Shown here one piece after another: positions 63,809-64,000 of a DNA stretch of 64,000 bases. The DNA lies in contig OX597820.1 of assembly GCA_951406725.2 (NCBI GenBank), positions 17,918,001-17,982,000 on the forward strand, written 5' to 3'. The position numbers and the translations under genes are program-made. Positions within the stretch are counted from its first letter, which is position 1; the number at the start of each line of letters is the position of its first letter. The notes beneath the pieces are model-generated. The model saw nothing but the letters and a program-made list of their open reading frames with translations. It was not told where the DNA came from and searched no databases. Origin of the DNA: Octopus vulgaris. Its lineage: Eukaryota.

Positions 63809-64000
63809 GTAAGTAGTTTAAATTGCTATTTGCTCTGATTTTAATTATGCCTCTTATATTTAACTAGCAGTATCGCCCGGCATTGCTCAGGTTTGTAAGG
63901 GAAATAACTATAAAGCATTTTTAGAGTGTTATAGCCAAAAAATAGCAAAAAGATGGGAAAAAATGATGGCAATTTTTTTTTAGTTAAAAAAGGTGGAGTT

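Overview
AT-rich, repeat-dense animal genomic DNA. The SINE families, microsatellite load and 5S sequence point to a coleoid cephalopod, most likely Octopus; this is my inference from recalled repeat families, not a database result. Two complete spliced genes could be assembled by hand with GT-AG introns and consistent phases. (1) EDEM2, a GH47 ER alpha-mannosidase-like ERAD protein, + strand, 10 coding exons, 5921-29012, 688 aa. (2) A convergent Rieske [2Fe-2S] domain protein, RFESD-like, - strand, 3 coding exons, 54201-37580, 155 aa. There are weak hints of 5' exons of a third + strand gene near the right end. The rest is mostly mobile DNA: a broken RTE LINE, a CR1-group LINE 3' end, three tRNA-SINE families, non-autonomous Helitrons, mariner, pogo/Tc2, hAT, piggyBac and Merlin/MULE-type MITEs, two 5S rRNA copies and minisatellites. 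The main leads are: a hammerhead-ribozyme fold with a swapped G3:C8 core pair inside a long fold-back element, plus several other Penelope-type hammerhead remnants; two independent 5S rRNA + tRNA-SINE head-to-tail units; a 1.8-kb non-coding element bounded by 208-bp direct repeats with a strand-specific RNA hairpin and its own TATA/CCAAT promoter; a perfect 121-bp intronic hairpin; and a uORF cluster plus UPRE-like site at the EDEM2 5' end. All structure calls were made by eye and need computational confirmation. Repeat boundaries are approximate unless TSDs are quoted.
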